A stretch of DNA of 64,000 bases from NCBI GenBank assembly GCA_963840165.1, contig CAWIXT010000001.1, forward strand, positions 10,653 through 74,652, given 5' to 3'. The DNA comes from an uncultured Gemmatimonadales bacterium. Lineage in GTDB: Bacteria > Gemmatimonadota > Gemmatimonadetes > Gemmatimonadales > GWC2-71-9. Every line of letters begins with the position of its first letter. The first letter of the stretch is position 1. Positions 50,901 through 60,205 of this stretch are shown here, piece by piece. Under the pieces are notes generated by a model. The model was not told the DNA's origin. It did no database searches and was given only the letters and a program-made list of their open reading frames with translations. The position numbers and the translations under genes are program-made.

Positions 50901-51252
50901 GATATATGCGTTCAGCGGCTTCTTCCAGCCGGTGGACAATGTCCCAGTGGTCAACCGGACCAATGCCGGCAAGGGGATCGCCGTCGAATTCGCCCTCAAT
51001 GGCGACCGGGGATTGGACGTTCTGGACGCGGGCTCACCGACGTCCGGAATCTTTGCCTGCGGCACCAGCGCCGAGGACCTGGTAGAGGTTACCCTCACGA
51101 TCAGCAAGAGTAGCCTCAGCTACAAGCACAATACCGGGCGGTATCAGTACGCCTGGCAGACTGAAAAGGCCTGGGTGAACAGCTGCCGAAAACTGGTTAT
51201 CAAGCTCAAGGACGGTACCGTGCACGAAGCGTTGTTCCACTTCGTGAAGTAG
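47989..51252 (+). CDS. Lipoprotein with two YVTN beta-propellers, Ig-like repeats and C-terminal PxKF-type domain
   Basis: LAASSC lipobox; repeated YV(A/T)N...VSVIRTSD; QTITFTSTPP..ATGGGSGNPV repeats; FSGFFQPVDN...LKDGTVHEALFHF. Confidence 0.88.
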   Translation: MRCSAKLAVLSLVLAASSCADDRLVGPGSEAAPEPAQLSTVLHDGSLAYVANLGSGNVSVIRISDHSLVAAVPVGTWPFGVAFAPDAEHVYVANIQSHNVSVIRTSDHTVTATVPVGRDPHGVAVAPGGAAVYVTNHAGSSVSVIQRPGHVVAATIPVGANPYGMAFAPDGSRLYVTNTVSSDISIIRTSDNTVLQTIAAGNRPRGILMTPDGAHLYVANQLANNVSVIRTSDLVEVAAVPVGNGPFGLGITPDGSHVYVTNIFGGSVSVIRTSSNSVVATILVGPSPVGVGVSPDGARVYVSVQDDDKLSVIRTSDHTVVETVAVGDGPRELVIGTIPAVQTITFTSTPPAPARVGDIYPVTATGGGSGNPVRFTTTTATCSASGSLIRFVSSGICVVTANQNGNAAHRPAPSVEQSIAVEPGKEAVAYVANLRSDNVSVVRTSDNVLAATIPAGDGPFGVAVTPDGARVFVTNIFSHNISVIRTSDHALIATIPAASPHGVAIMPGGVFAYVANHNSPTVSAIRVSNNTVAATVTVGASPYAVAFTPDGAYAYVTNTNSADVSVIRTGDNTEVAKVPVGASPRGVAVSQDGSRAYVLNQRSNTISVISTSDNTVTETLPAGNGPFDVAITPDGSRLYVSNIFGNDVSVIQISDHRVIATLPVGNFPAGVAVTPDGAHVYVANQEGNDLTVIRTVDHTISTTAPGVDGPSMVAIGFAPISQAITFTSTPPTPARVGAAYTVTATGGGSGNPVVLTTSTSSCSIDGSVVSFLTVGTCIVRANQEGNSSYRTAPSADQVIEVLKGEQSVSFSTTPPDPAFVGEGYVVAAAGGGSGNPVEFTSADEAICAVSESAVGFASAGSCQIIATQAGNANYNEAQPATQDILVVKRPQVITFTSLAPSPALLDGSYTVTASGGNSGTPVTFSSLTPAVCTVSGSAVAFVGIGACRVVADQAGNNEYLAASQQIQQIRVIYAFSGFFQPVDNVPVVNRTNAGKGIAVEFALNGDRGLDVLDAGSPTSGIFACGTSAEDLVEVTLTISKSSLSYKHNTGRYQYAWQTEKAWVNSCRKLVIKLKDGTVHEALFHFVK

Positions 51253-51461
51253 AAGGCAACGCAGTCCACCATGCAGACTCATGTGCGGCGGAAGATGAGG
51301 AAGCGTTAGACGATAGAGGCCACCCCCTCGCTCGATGGCTCGGGCAGGCTCTCATGGGTGGCCCTCTACCGCCGCAGTGCCTACCGCCTTACCGCCTTAC
51401 CCTTGACGTCTGCTTGACCAAGCGCAGCTATTCTGCCCGCACCCTATACATGGGAAGCGAT

Positions 51462-52703
51462 ATGCGTCGGTCCACCATCGGCCTCTCGTTGACCACCCTC
51501 CTCATGGCGGGGATTTCCTGTAGCGCCGATGAGAGTGCCGGACCCACGGCGCCGGCCACGCCGCCGGAACTGGGGGCGGCCCAGGCAGTCAGCTCGAGTC
51601 TCAGATTTCTTCAGGTGAGTGCCGGGACCGGCTCCTTCGGCGCCCACAGCTGCGGCGTCACCACGGCCCACCGGATCTACTGCTGGGGATCCAACAGCTC
51701 CGGTGAGCTGGGCAACGGGAAGTTCGGCTTCGAGGTCAGACCGGTGCGGGTAGCCGAAGAGATCTGGTTCAACTCGGTGTCCGCGGGCTTCTTCCATACC
51801 TGTGGGATAGCGCGAGACGGGCGGGCCTACTGCTGGGGCGAAGGCGCCACCGGCGCACTGGGTAACGGCCGGGCCGGGTCGCGGCCGGAACTACCCACCG
51901 ACCGCCGCACCAAGCCGACCATGGTGACCGACCGGCTCCGCTTTCTTCAGATTGCGGCGGGATACGGTCACACCTGTGGCCTCACGACGGCAAACAAGGT
52001 GTACTGCTGGGGCGACAACAGCGAGGGCCAGCTGGGCGATGGCACCAGGACCAGGCGCCTGTCGCCGGTCCGGGTCGCCGGCGGGCGCCGGTTCCGCAGC
52101 ATCAGTGTCGGGGTGGGCCACAGTTGCGCCGTGACCACCGAGTACCAGGCCTTCTGCTGGGGCTCCGGCGCCAACGGCCGGCTGGGACATGGCTCCACCC
52201 GATCGAGCCTTAAGCCGATCGCTGTGGCCACCTGGCGCAAGTTCCGCCAGATAAGCGCCGGATACTATCACACCTGTGCCATGGGCCGGGACAACCGGGC
52301 CTATTGCTGGGGCCACGGGGCGGAAGGTGCCCTCGGCGACGGAGCAGAGGTTGAGCGCCTTGTGCCGACGGCCGTGGCCGGTGGTCGCCTGGTCGAGTTT
52401 GTGGAGGCCGGGGTCTACCACGCCTGCGGCGACGGGTACGACGGGCAGGGCTATTGCTGGGGCTCCAATGCTCAGGGCCGGCTGGGCGTCGGCTCCCTGG
52501 ACCGGGTGAGGCGCATTCCAACCTTGGTCGCGCGAGGGCCGGGAGTGCTCGGCTACACGCAGCTGAGCGCCGGCGACGTGCACTCCTGCGGTATCGCGAA
52601 CACCGGAAAGGCGTACTGTTGGGGATTCAACGGGGCGGGTCAATTGGGAGACGGCACCCTGGAGCAGTCACCGACTCCGATAGCGGTGGCCGACCCACTC
52701 TAG
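51462..52703 (+). CDS. RCC1-repeat lipoprotein
   Basis: Repeated AG..HTCG...AYCWG.N..GQLG; AGISC lipobox. Confidence 0.9.
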   Translation: MRRSTIGLSLTTLLMAGISCSADESAGPTAPATPPELGAAQAVSSSLRFLQVSAGTGSFGAHSCGVTTAHRIYCWGSNSSGELGNGKFGFEVRPVRVAEEIWFNSVSAGFFHTCGIARDGRAYCWGEGATGALGNGRAGSRPELPTDRRTKPTMVTDRLRFLQIAAGYGHTCGLTTANKVYCWGDNSEGQLGDGTRTRRLSPVRVAGGRRFRSISVGVGHSCAVTTEYQAFCWGSGANGRLGHGSTRSSLKPIAVATWRKFRQISAGYYHTCAMGRDNRAYCWGHGAEGALGDGAEVERLVPTAVAGGRLVEFVEAGVYHACGDGYDGQGYCWGSNAQGRLGVGSLDRVRRIPTLVARGPGVLGYTQLSAGDVHSCGIANTGKAYCWGFNGAGQLGDGTLEQSPTPIAVADPL

Positions 52704-52726
52704 GGGAAAAGACATTCCTCACGAGC

Positions 52727-52925
52727 TGTCATCCCGAGCGGACGCGAGGGATCGTCCGATGAGACGTGATTAAGCAGATCCTTTGCTCGGACGTCTCGTT
52801 AAGCGATCCCTCGCCTCCGCTCGGGATGACTCAATAGGCTACCGCCCTACCACCTTACCGCCGCTTCACCTACCGCCGCAGTATCTACCGCCGCTTCACC
52901 TACCGCCCTACCGCCCTACCGCCGC
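52727..52925. repeat. REP-like hairpin plus CTACCGCC repeats
   Basis: GTCATCCCGAGCGG...CCGCTCGGGATGAC followed by CTACCGCC tracts. Confidence 0.75.
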
Positions 52926-53462
52926 CTTGATCGCCGCTCCCAGCTCCGTGTACGCCGTCGGATCGATCTCCCGGAACGGGGTCGCCCGGTAGGCGATCCT
53001 CCCGTCCGGTCCCACCACGAACAGGTTGCGGTTGGTCATGCCCGGATCGCTGGCCAGGGCGCCGTACCGCCTGGCGACGGCCGTCCCGGTGTCGCTCGCG
53101 AACAGGAAGGGGAACTCCGAGTCCCGCGCCCAGGAGGCGAGGGCGGTGTCGGGGTCGGCGCTGATGGCGATGAGCACCACGTTGCGGCCGTTCTTGAAGA
53201 GCGTCGCGTACTGATCACGGTACGCGTTCATTTGGACGGTTCAGCCGCTGGTTCGGGCCTTGTAGAAGAACGCCAGGACGACGGTCTTCCCCTTGAAGTC
53301 GGAGAGACGGATCGGGCTGGCGAGGACGCCGTAGCGGGTGGCGCCCTTCATCGTGAAGTCTGGTGCCACGGCGCCGATCTCGAGCGGGCGGGTGAAGTTT
53401 GCTGGGCAGCGAGAACCGCCGGTGCACCGGCAAGAGCGAGAGCGAGGAGCAGAGGGTCGCAT
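52908..53462 (-). CDS. AhpC/TSA (BCP-like) peroxiredoxin with in-frame UGA (selenocysteine) at the peroxidatic position
   Basis: APDF...LSDFKGKTVVLAFFYKARTSG-TGA(53241-53243)-TVQMNAYRD...ISAD...FLFASD...YG...RNLFVVGPDGRI, all in one frame. Confidence 0.85.
53205..53226 (-). other. Candidate bacterial SECIS hairpin
   Basis: CGCGTAC-CGTGATCA-GTACGCG stem-loop starting about 15 nt 3' of the UGA. Confidence 0.6.
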
Positions 53463-53687
53463 GCGAGGTCCGTGTGGGTCGATGGAATAGACGCCCGCCC
53501 CGGTGGGGCGGGCTCACGTCGTTTGGGTGGCGTGTCCTATCCCGGCCCTCACGGGCCGGGCTACACATCGGCGCGGTCCTCCGGACCGCGGGTACTCCCA
53601 GGGCAGACAAGGCTCGATGTCCAATGTCTCTGATCCATGACTCCGATGTTCTGCGGCGGAGGGCTGCGGTGGTACGCCGCACGAGCC

Positions 53688-53825
53688 TACCGAAGCATCA
53701 TCTACCGCCGCTTCATCTACCGCCGCAGCTCCGTACCGCCGCAGCTCGCTACCGCCCTACCGCCGCTTCATCTACCGCCGCGTCACCTACCGCCTTACCG
53801 CCCTACCGCCGCTTCACCTACCGCT
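53688..53825. repeat. CTACCGCC-type tandem repeats
   Basis: Read directly from the sequence. Confidence 0.8.
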
Positions 53826-54689
53826 CCCTGGCAGGGCCCGCGCGACGATCAGGGTGATGTTGTCGGTCCCGCCGCCTGCGAGCGCGTCCTTCAGCAGATC
53901 CTCGCACACCTGGCGGGACGATTTCATGGTGCTGAGCCGCTCGCGGATGCGTTCGTCGGAGACGTGCTGGGTGAGCCCGTCGCTGCAGAGCAGCGCCACG
54001 CTGCCCCACTTCTGCTCGCGCCGGGTGACCACCGGCTCGGTGTTGCGTCCACCGATCGCGCTCGAGAGCGTATGCCCGAGCCTGGAGTGCTTGGCATGCG
54101 CCGGATTCATGACGCCGAGGTCGATCAGCTCCTGGGCCATGGTCTGGTCGCGGGTGATCTGGGTCAGCTGTCCCTGCTCGAGGATGTAGCAGCGGCTGTC
54201 CCCCACCTGGAGCAGGTACGCGCAGGGCCAGACGCCGAGGTAGAGGGTGAGCGTGGTGGCCATCCCCCGGTATTCCGGGTCCTTCTCACCCCGGCGCACC
54301 AGCTCTCCATGGCAGCCGAGTGCCGCCTCCCGCAGCGCCTCGAAGAACTCCTCGTCGTCCTCGGAGCTGGCGGCATAGTAGCAGCGCATGCTGCGCTGGA
54401 CGTACTGGGTGGCCGCCTCGACCGCCATCCGGCTGGCCTCTTCGCCCTTGACGCCGCCGCCGACGCCGTCGGCCACCATCATGAGGAAGGCGAGCCGCTC
54501 GCCCTCCCTGGTGACGCTGTCGATGGTGGGGAGGCTGGTCTGGCGGACCACCATCTGCCGCTTCAGGGAGCAGATGAGGAAGTGGTCCTGGTTCTCCTTC
54601 CGGACCTTTCCGGTGTGGGTGATGCCGTAGACGTCGATCTCGTCGTCGTGCGGCTTGCGCTGGGGTCCTGCGATGGTGGGGGCGGTCAT
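53814..54689 (-). CDS. PP2C-family Ser/Thr phosphatase
   Basis: THTGKVRKENQD, VADGVGG, MATTLT, VGDSRCY, TRDQT, LLCSDGLT, GGTDNIT. Confidence 0.92.
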   Translation of the reverse strand: MTAPTIAGPQRKPHDDEIDVYGITHTGKVRKENQDHFLICSLKRQMVVRQTSLPTIDSVTREGERLAFLMMVADGVGGGVKGEEASRMAVEAATQYVQRSMRCYYAASSEDDEEFFEALREAALGCHGELVRRGEKDPEYRGMATTLTLYLGVWPCAYLLQVGDSRCYILEQGQLTQITRDQTMAQELIDLGVMNPAHAKHSRLGHTLSSAIGGRNTEPVVTRREQKWGSVALLCSDGLTQHVSDERIRERLSTMKSSRQVCEDLLKDALAGGGTDNITLIVARALPGSGR

Positions 54690-55823
54690 GGTGATCCGAA
54701 TTTGGGGCGCCGGCCCGCGATCGCGCCACTGAACCATCAGCTTCGCTCGGACGGCAGAGCGGGTATGAACTCCCAGCTTTCGCAGTATCTCCTCGGTGTG
54801 ACGTCGAACAGTGTGGCGGCTGATGCCGAGCGTAGTGCCCAGGTCGGCTGTAGACATGCCCCGCGCGATCAGGGCGGCAAGCTGCACCTCTCTCTTGGTC
54901 AATCCGTATTGTTCCTGCTGCTGGGCTCTGGAAGGGACTCCAGGCGAGACCAGATCCACCATGATCATCACCGCGATGCTGGGGTGGAAGACCGCAGCCC
55001 CGGCAAGGCACCCGCGGACCCGGTAGTGATTCTGCCCCGTTTGGACTTGCAGGACAAAACGTCGTGCCGATTCCGCGTGCGACTTCCGCCGTTGTGAGGG
55101 GACATAGTCGGCCACGTCCGTGGCTATCCGCCGAATCGCCGCATTAAGAGTGTCCGACCGAGAATCTCTCTCCAGCATTTCCGTCAGCGCCGGATTCTGG
55201 TGCATCACAGCTCCCGCCTTGTCCAACAGCCGTATGCCCAACTGTAAGGCATCGACCGTACGCACCAGCTCGGCTCGCTGCTTTTCCAGAGCGAGAACCG
55301 TCAGCACACCAGCCTTGAAGGCAGGCAGGAGCAACTGACAGATCGCGAAGCCCGGGTCCCCAAATTGACGGCCGGCCTGAGCCCGGTGATACAGGTGGAG
55401 CGATGCCAGGCCAAAGCCACCATCCACCTCGAAACCAAGACCCAGTGGGTCAAGCATCCGATAGGCGAGCATCCACTCGTTGTAAATGACCTTACCACTG
55501 CTCGGATTGTAGAGCGCGTCGAAGCTGAAGACCTCGAGGCCGAGCTGCTTGCGTAGTACTTGAAGCCCGCTGTCGAACTGATGGTAGTACTCGATGTAGG
55601 CGTGGGCTCCGGCCGCTGTGTCCTCATCATCCGAGACCGTGAGCTTGTGGCCAGTCAGGGGCAGCATGAACACGCATCGATCGGCGCCGGATAGCTGTTT
55701 CACGCGTGCAATCGAATCCGTGCGCCAGCTGTCGACATCCGGCGCATCGAGCGGCGAGAGAAGCGTTGCCAGAGCAGCTCGGTAATTCGCCTGATCCAAT
55801 GACGAGAGACTGAGCGCCACCAT
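54690..55823 (-). CDS. LuxR-type HTH regulator (reads in frame into PP2C)
   Basis: Paralogue of 46536-47642; LTKREVQLAALIARGMSTADLGTTLGISRHTVRRHTEEILRKLGV. Confidence 0.85.
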
Positions 55824-56602
55824 CAGAGGCTCATGATCCGGCCCGCAACCGCCGCTCGGGATCGTACGTCGAGCTTACGCATGACGCTCTCGGTATGGTG
55901 TCGAGCCGTATATCGACTGATACAAAGCACAGCTGCTATCTTCGCGCTCGAATCGCCAGCTGCGAGGCAACGTGCCACCTGCGATTCCCGCCGCGTGAGA
56001 CGATACCGATCACTCAGCACTGAATCGGGGGCGTACTCGAGCCTCAGCCGCTCAACCCCAACCCCAATAGTCTGCTCCGTCCCCAGGACCTGTCCCAAGG
56101 CTGTTCCCGTCAGTCGGTAACCCGCTCCGGTTGTCCGAACCGCGCGACACAGCGTTTCCGTGTCGCTGGCCTGCCGGCGCACAACCAGGGACAGGGCACG
56201 AGCGACCCCGGAGACCTCATTCCGGACCCGATCCGCTTCTGGTTCCTGTGCGAGGAGCTCACCGAGGGCGGCGTTTTGATGCAGTGACTTCCCCCGCATG
56301 TCGAAGAGTTGGAGAGGGGTGTCCAGGATATCGAGCATCCTGAAGAGGTCGGCGCGACGCCGGGCCAGGCGAGCTCGAGTGTGAAGGCCGGCCTTGAACG
56401 CAGGGAGGAGCAACCGGAGCAGCTCACCCTTCTGTCTATCAAGCACAGAGCTGGCACCGACCGCCTCGTCGTCGCGCGCCTGCGCGGCATTCATGGCCGC
56501 ACTCCTCCAGCCATCCAGAGTTGGCGAGTCTAGTGGTGACAGCAGTGTTGTCAGTGCCGACTGAAGACGGACCACGTCCTCAGTGGAGAGAATCAGGGGC
56601 AA
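55823..56602 (-). CDS. LuxR-type HTH regulator
   Basis: LTRRESQVARCLAAGDSSAKIAAVLCISRYTARHHTESVMRKLDV; TTG start assumed. Confidence 0.8.
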   Translation of the reverse strand: MPLILSTEDVVRLQSALTTLLSPLDSPTLDGWRSAAMNAAQARDDEAVGASSVLDRQKGELLRLLLPAFKAGLHTRARLARRRADLFRMLDILDTPLQLFDMRGKSLHQNAALGELLAQEPEADRVRNEVSGVARALSLVVRRQASDTETLCRAVRTTGAGYRLTGTALGQVLGTEQTIGVGVERLRLEYAPDSVLSDRYRLTRRESQVARCLAAGDSSAKIAAVLCISRYTARHHTESVMRKLDVRSRAAVAGRIMSL

Positions 56603-56817
56603 AGGGGAGCGCCGAGTGGGAAGCGCCTCAAACTTACGCTCGGGACCGGGGCCCGCAAGCAGGGAGTAGGGCGATTGTCCCATGCGCCGCCTGCGGGCAG
56701 GTCCCAGAATGGAGTGCCCACCACTTACAGCCCCACCGTGGAGCACCGCTGATGCCGGTCCTGATCTTCATCGAGGTCAGCGCGCCTATTCACGCTTTAT
56801 GGAGAGATGGTGCCCAC

Positions 56818-59800
56818 ATGAAACGACTCATCATGACCGCGGGCCTGCTCCTCGTGAGTGCCTGCTTCGATAATCCGACCGAGACCATGGGGGGTCGTGG
56901 AGCTCCAGAATTCGCCGCCAGCGCCGCTGGTATCCAGGCGGTATTTCTCGGTGGCAATCCCTCACGTGCCTACGGGATCAACGAAGCCGGCTTCACGGTA
57001 GGGAGCGTCGACGGTAACGGTATCGCCACCGTCTGGACGGCGCCGGGCACGTTCAGCGTCGTTGGGCCTGGACTATTCAGCCAGTTTCATGACGTAAACG
57101 ATGCCGGGGTCGCGGTTGGATATTGGGCCGTGGAAGGGGGCACGATCCACGCCGTGAGCTGGACCCAGGCAGGCGGGTTCCAGGACATCGGCACACTGCG
57201 AGCAGGTTCGTACTCCTATGCCCATGCCATCAACAACTCGGGTCAAATAGTCGGTCAGGACCAGCAGGGCGGTCAAAGGCCCTTTCTCTGGTCACCATCA
57301 GCCGGGATGACGGCACTCCCCATTCTAGCCGGTTCCATGAACGGGATCGCCTTTGATATCAATGATGCCGGCGTGGTGGTCGGAGAGAGCCACGCCGAGC
57401 TCGACGGCATCAATCACGGCGTGCTCTGGCCGACCTCGGGCGGCGTCGTCGATCTCGGATCACTGGGTGGTCGTTTCAGCACTGCCCGGGGCATCAACTC
57501 CTCGGGCCAGGTAGTCGGGTGGAGCATGGTGGCCAATGAGGAGCTGCATGCCTTCATCTGGACCGCGGCCACCGGCATGGTCGATCTCAATACCTGGGGA
57601 TCGCCCTGTGCCGGTGCGAGCCAGGCGGAAGCTATCAGCGATGCCGGCTTGGTGGTCGGGGCGTGTGAGGGAAGACCGGTCATCTGGAGCCAAACCCAGG
57701 GAATGCGGGAGCTGCGCACGCCCGATGGAGGGTCTCAGGGGTCCGCCCACGACATCAACTCGCAGGGGCATGTAGTCGGCACCTTCGGGAACATCGGCGC
57801 GGCGCTCTGGATCGTCGAGCAGACACCACCAGTGATAGATCCCGGCCCGGCCAACATGCTGCGGACTGCGCTGTGGAACGGCGAGGCCCGGGGGATAAAC
57901 CGTGACCGTGCGGTTGTCGGATTCGGCGGCTTTCCCGGAGCGGTCGGTGCAGGCGCCCTCGTCTGGTGGCCCGGATTGGTTAATCCCCTGGAACTGCCGG
58001 TCTTGCCCGGCGATGCAATCGGGGTGGCGATCGCTATCAACGATGCCTGGCAAATCGTCGGTTCCAGTGGGAGTCGAGCGGTACTCTGGCAGCCGAATGC
58101 GAGTCGAACTGCCTGGACGGTCCATGATCTTGGAGCAGCAGGGGGGTCGGTGGCGCAGGCCATGAATAATGCCGGCCTGATAGTCGGCACGGCGGGAAAC
58201 AACGGGTTCGTCTGGGTGCCGAATACCAGAAACGGGACCGTCGGCACCATCAAGTCGGTGTGCGCGGCACCGGCCGGCTTTCAGTGCCTTAGCTCGGGGG
58301 CTTACGGCATCAACGACGCAGGTACGATCGCTGGGAGGGGTACCTATACTCGGGACACCACTGGGTTCAGGGATGCCCCCGTGGTATGGAACCCGCCTGA
58401 CTGGACCAGCGGCCGTATGCTGCCCTACATGGACCCGGCCGATAGACAAAGCAATCAGGTATCCGGGATCGATGAGGCAGGGAATGTCGTGGGTTCGACG
58501 GTTCTCTTTGATGCCACAGCAGTTCCGACCCAGGGGTTTACGTTTCACTGCGTCGGTCGCGATCTTCCTCCGGGAACCCAAACTTGTGCGGTTGCCATGA
58601 TGTGGCCGGCAGACGGTGGACCGCCGGTCGACCTCGGTACTCTCGGCGGGGCGAATCTCAACCAAGCCATGGCCGTGGAGTTGGTGGGAGCAGGGCGCGA
58701 AGTGCAGATCGCCGGTGTCGGCAGCGATGCCACCCGTTTTCAGTTTGCCTTGCGTTGGACCGCCGCAACCGGAATGCAGAAGTTGCCGGTGCCAAGTAGT
58801 GCCAGCCAAGGTGGTGGATTGGCGTACGGCATCAACACACGAGGTGACATCGTCGGTAGCGACGGCTCGTCCGCTACTGTGTGGCACGCTGATCCTCTCG
58901 AAGCTGTCCCGGCTGTGCAGACGATCACGTTCACGTCGGCACCGCCGAATCCCGCGAAGGTCGGTCTCTCATACACCCTTAGTGCCACGGGCGGTGGATC
59001 CGGCAACCCCGTCCTGTTCGCCACGGCGAGCGCCGCCTGCGCCGTGGAAGGGTCGCTCGTCAGCCTGGTGGCCGTGGGAACCTGCACGGTCACAGCCAAT
59101 CAGGTCGGCAGCGCCAGCTATGCCGCGGCAGCGACGGTCGATCAGATATTCGAGGTGGTGGCCGGCGATCAGACGATCACCTTCACAACCAATCCACCCA
59201 ACCCAGCCTTTGTCGGAAACAGCTACGCCGTTGCGGCCACTGGTGGCGGCTCCGGTAACCTGGTCGAGTTCAGCAGTACGGACGATGCTGTCTGCTCCGT
59301 TAGCGGAAGCGCAGTGACTCTCAACGCAGTGGGAACCTGTCAGCTCATCGCATCCCAAGCCGGCAATGCGGACTACAACGATGCCGCTCCAGTAACTCAG
59401 GACTTCCTGATCGTGAAGAGGCCGCAAACGATCGCGTTCACCTCGTTGCCTCCCGCGCCCGCCCTGCTCGATGGCAGCTATACGGTGGCCGCCACTGGTG
59501 GCGGGTCAGGGAACCCCGTGAGCTTCAGTTCCCTCACGCCGACGGTGTGCACAGCTGCCGGCAGTACGGTGGTCTTCATCCAGGTGGGTGCCTGTAAGCT
59601 GGCAGCCGATCAGGCAGGCAACAACGGGTACCTCCCGGCAGCCCAGCAAGAGCAGCAAGTCAATGTGATCTACAAGTTCAGCGGCTTCTTTACGCCGGTG
59701 GACAACATCCCGGTGGTAAATCGTACCAATGCAGGGAAGGGGATCTCTGTAGAGTTCGACCTCGCGGGGAACCGCGGGCTGGATGTTCTCGAGGCAGGAT

Positions 59801-60018
59801 CACCGACCTCCGGCAGCTACGCCTGCTCGGCCAGCTCCGAAGACCTTGTGGAAGTGACCCTCACAATCAGCAAGAGCAGCCTCAGCTACAAGTCGACGAC
59901 TGGACGGTACGAGTATGCCTGGAGGACCGAGAAGACCTGGGTGAACACCTGCCGCAAACTGATCATCAAGTTGAGGGACGGCACCGTACATGAGGCCCTG
60001 TTCCACTTCGTGAAATAA
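56818..60018 (+). CDS. Lipoprotein with HAF-type repeats, Ig-like repeats and C-terminal PxKF-type domain
   Basis: LLVSAC lipobox; repeated A.GIN..GQVVG...HAF.W...DLG.LGG; C-terminal ~370 aa closely paralogous to 47989-51252. Confidence 0.88.
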   Translation: MKRLIMTAGLLLVSACFDNPTETMGGRGAPEFAASAAGIQAVFLGGNPSRAYGINEAGFTVGSVDGNGIATVWTAPGTFSVVGPGLFSQFHDVNDAGVAVGYWAVEGGTIHAVSWTQAGGFQDIGTLRAGSYSYAHAINNSGQIVGQDQQGGQRPFLWSPSAGMTALPILAGSMNGIAFDINDAGVVVGESHAELDGINHGVLWPTSGGVVDLGSLGGRFSTARGINSSGQVVGWSMVANEELHAFIWTAATGMVDLNTWGSPCAGASQAEAISDAGLVVGACEGRPVIWSQTQGMRELRTPDGGSQGSAHDINSQGHVVGTFGNIGAALWIVEQTPPVIDPGPANMLRTALWNGEARGINRDRAVVGFGGFPGAVGAGALVWWPGLVNPLELPVLPGDAIGVAIAINDAWQIVGSSGSRAVLWQPNASRTAWTVHDLGAAGGSVAQAMNNAGLIVGTAGNNGFVWVPNTRNGTVGTIKSVCAAPAGFQCLSSGAYGINDAGTIAGRGTYTRDTTGFRDAPVVWNPPDWTSGRMLPYMDPADRQSNQVSGIDEAGNVVGSTVLFDATAVPTQGFTFHCVGRDLPPGTQTCAVAMMWPADGGPPVDLGTLGGANLNQAMAVELVGAGREVQIAGVGSDATRFQFALRWTAATGMQKLPVPSSASQGGGLAYGINTRGDIVGSDGSSATVWHADPLEAVPAVQTITFTSAPPNPAKVGLSYTLSATGGGSGNPVLFATASAACAVEGSLVSLVAVGTCTVTANQVGSASYAAAATVDQIFEVVAGDQTITFTTNPPNPAFVGNSYAVAATGGGSGNLVEFSSTDDAVCSVSGSAVTLNAVGTCQLIASQAGNADYNDAAPVTQDFLIVKRPQTIAFTSLPPAPALLDGSYTVAATGGGSGNPVSFSSLTPTVCTAAGSTVVFIQVGACKLAADQAGNNGYLPAAQQEQQVNVIYKFSGFFTPVDNIPVVNRTNAGKGISVEFDLAGNRGLDVLEAGSPTSGSYACSASSEDLVEVTLTISKSSLSYKSTTGRYEYAWRTEKTWVNTCRKLIIKLRDGTVHEALFHFVK

Positions 60019-60205
60019 GAAGCATGCGCGAGGGATATCGCGGATCTTGAGGACCACGACTAGGGCCCTGCCGGGTGGCGGGGCTCTTGCCGCTTGCCGA
60101 CCCTGCTACGCATGGTGACCGCTCGGATTGCTTACGCGAGTGCGCCCCGCGACACGCCTGGTTTCTTACGCCTTACCCGCTTACCCGCTTACCCGCTTAC
60201 CCGCT

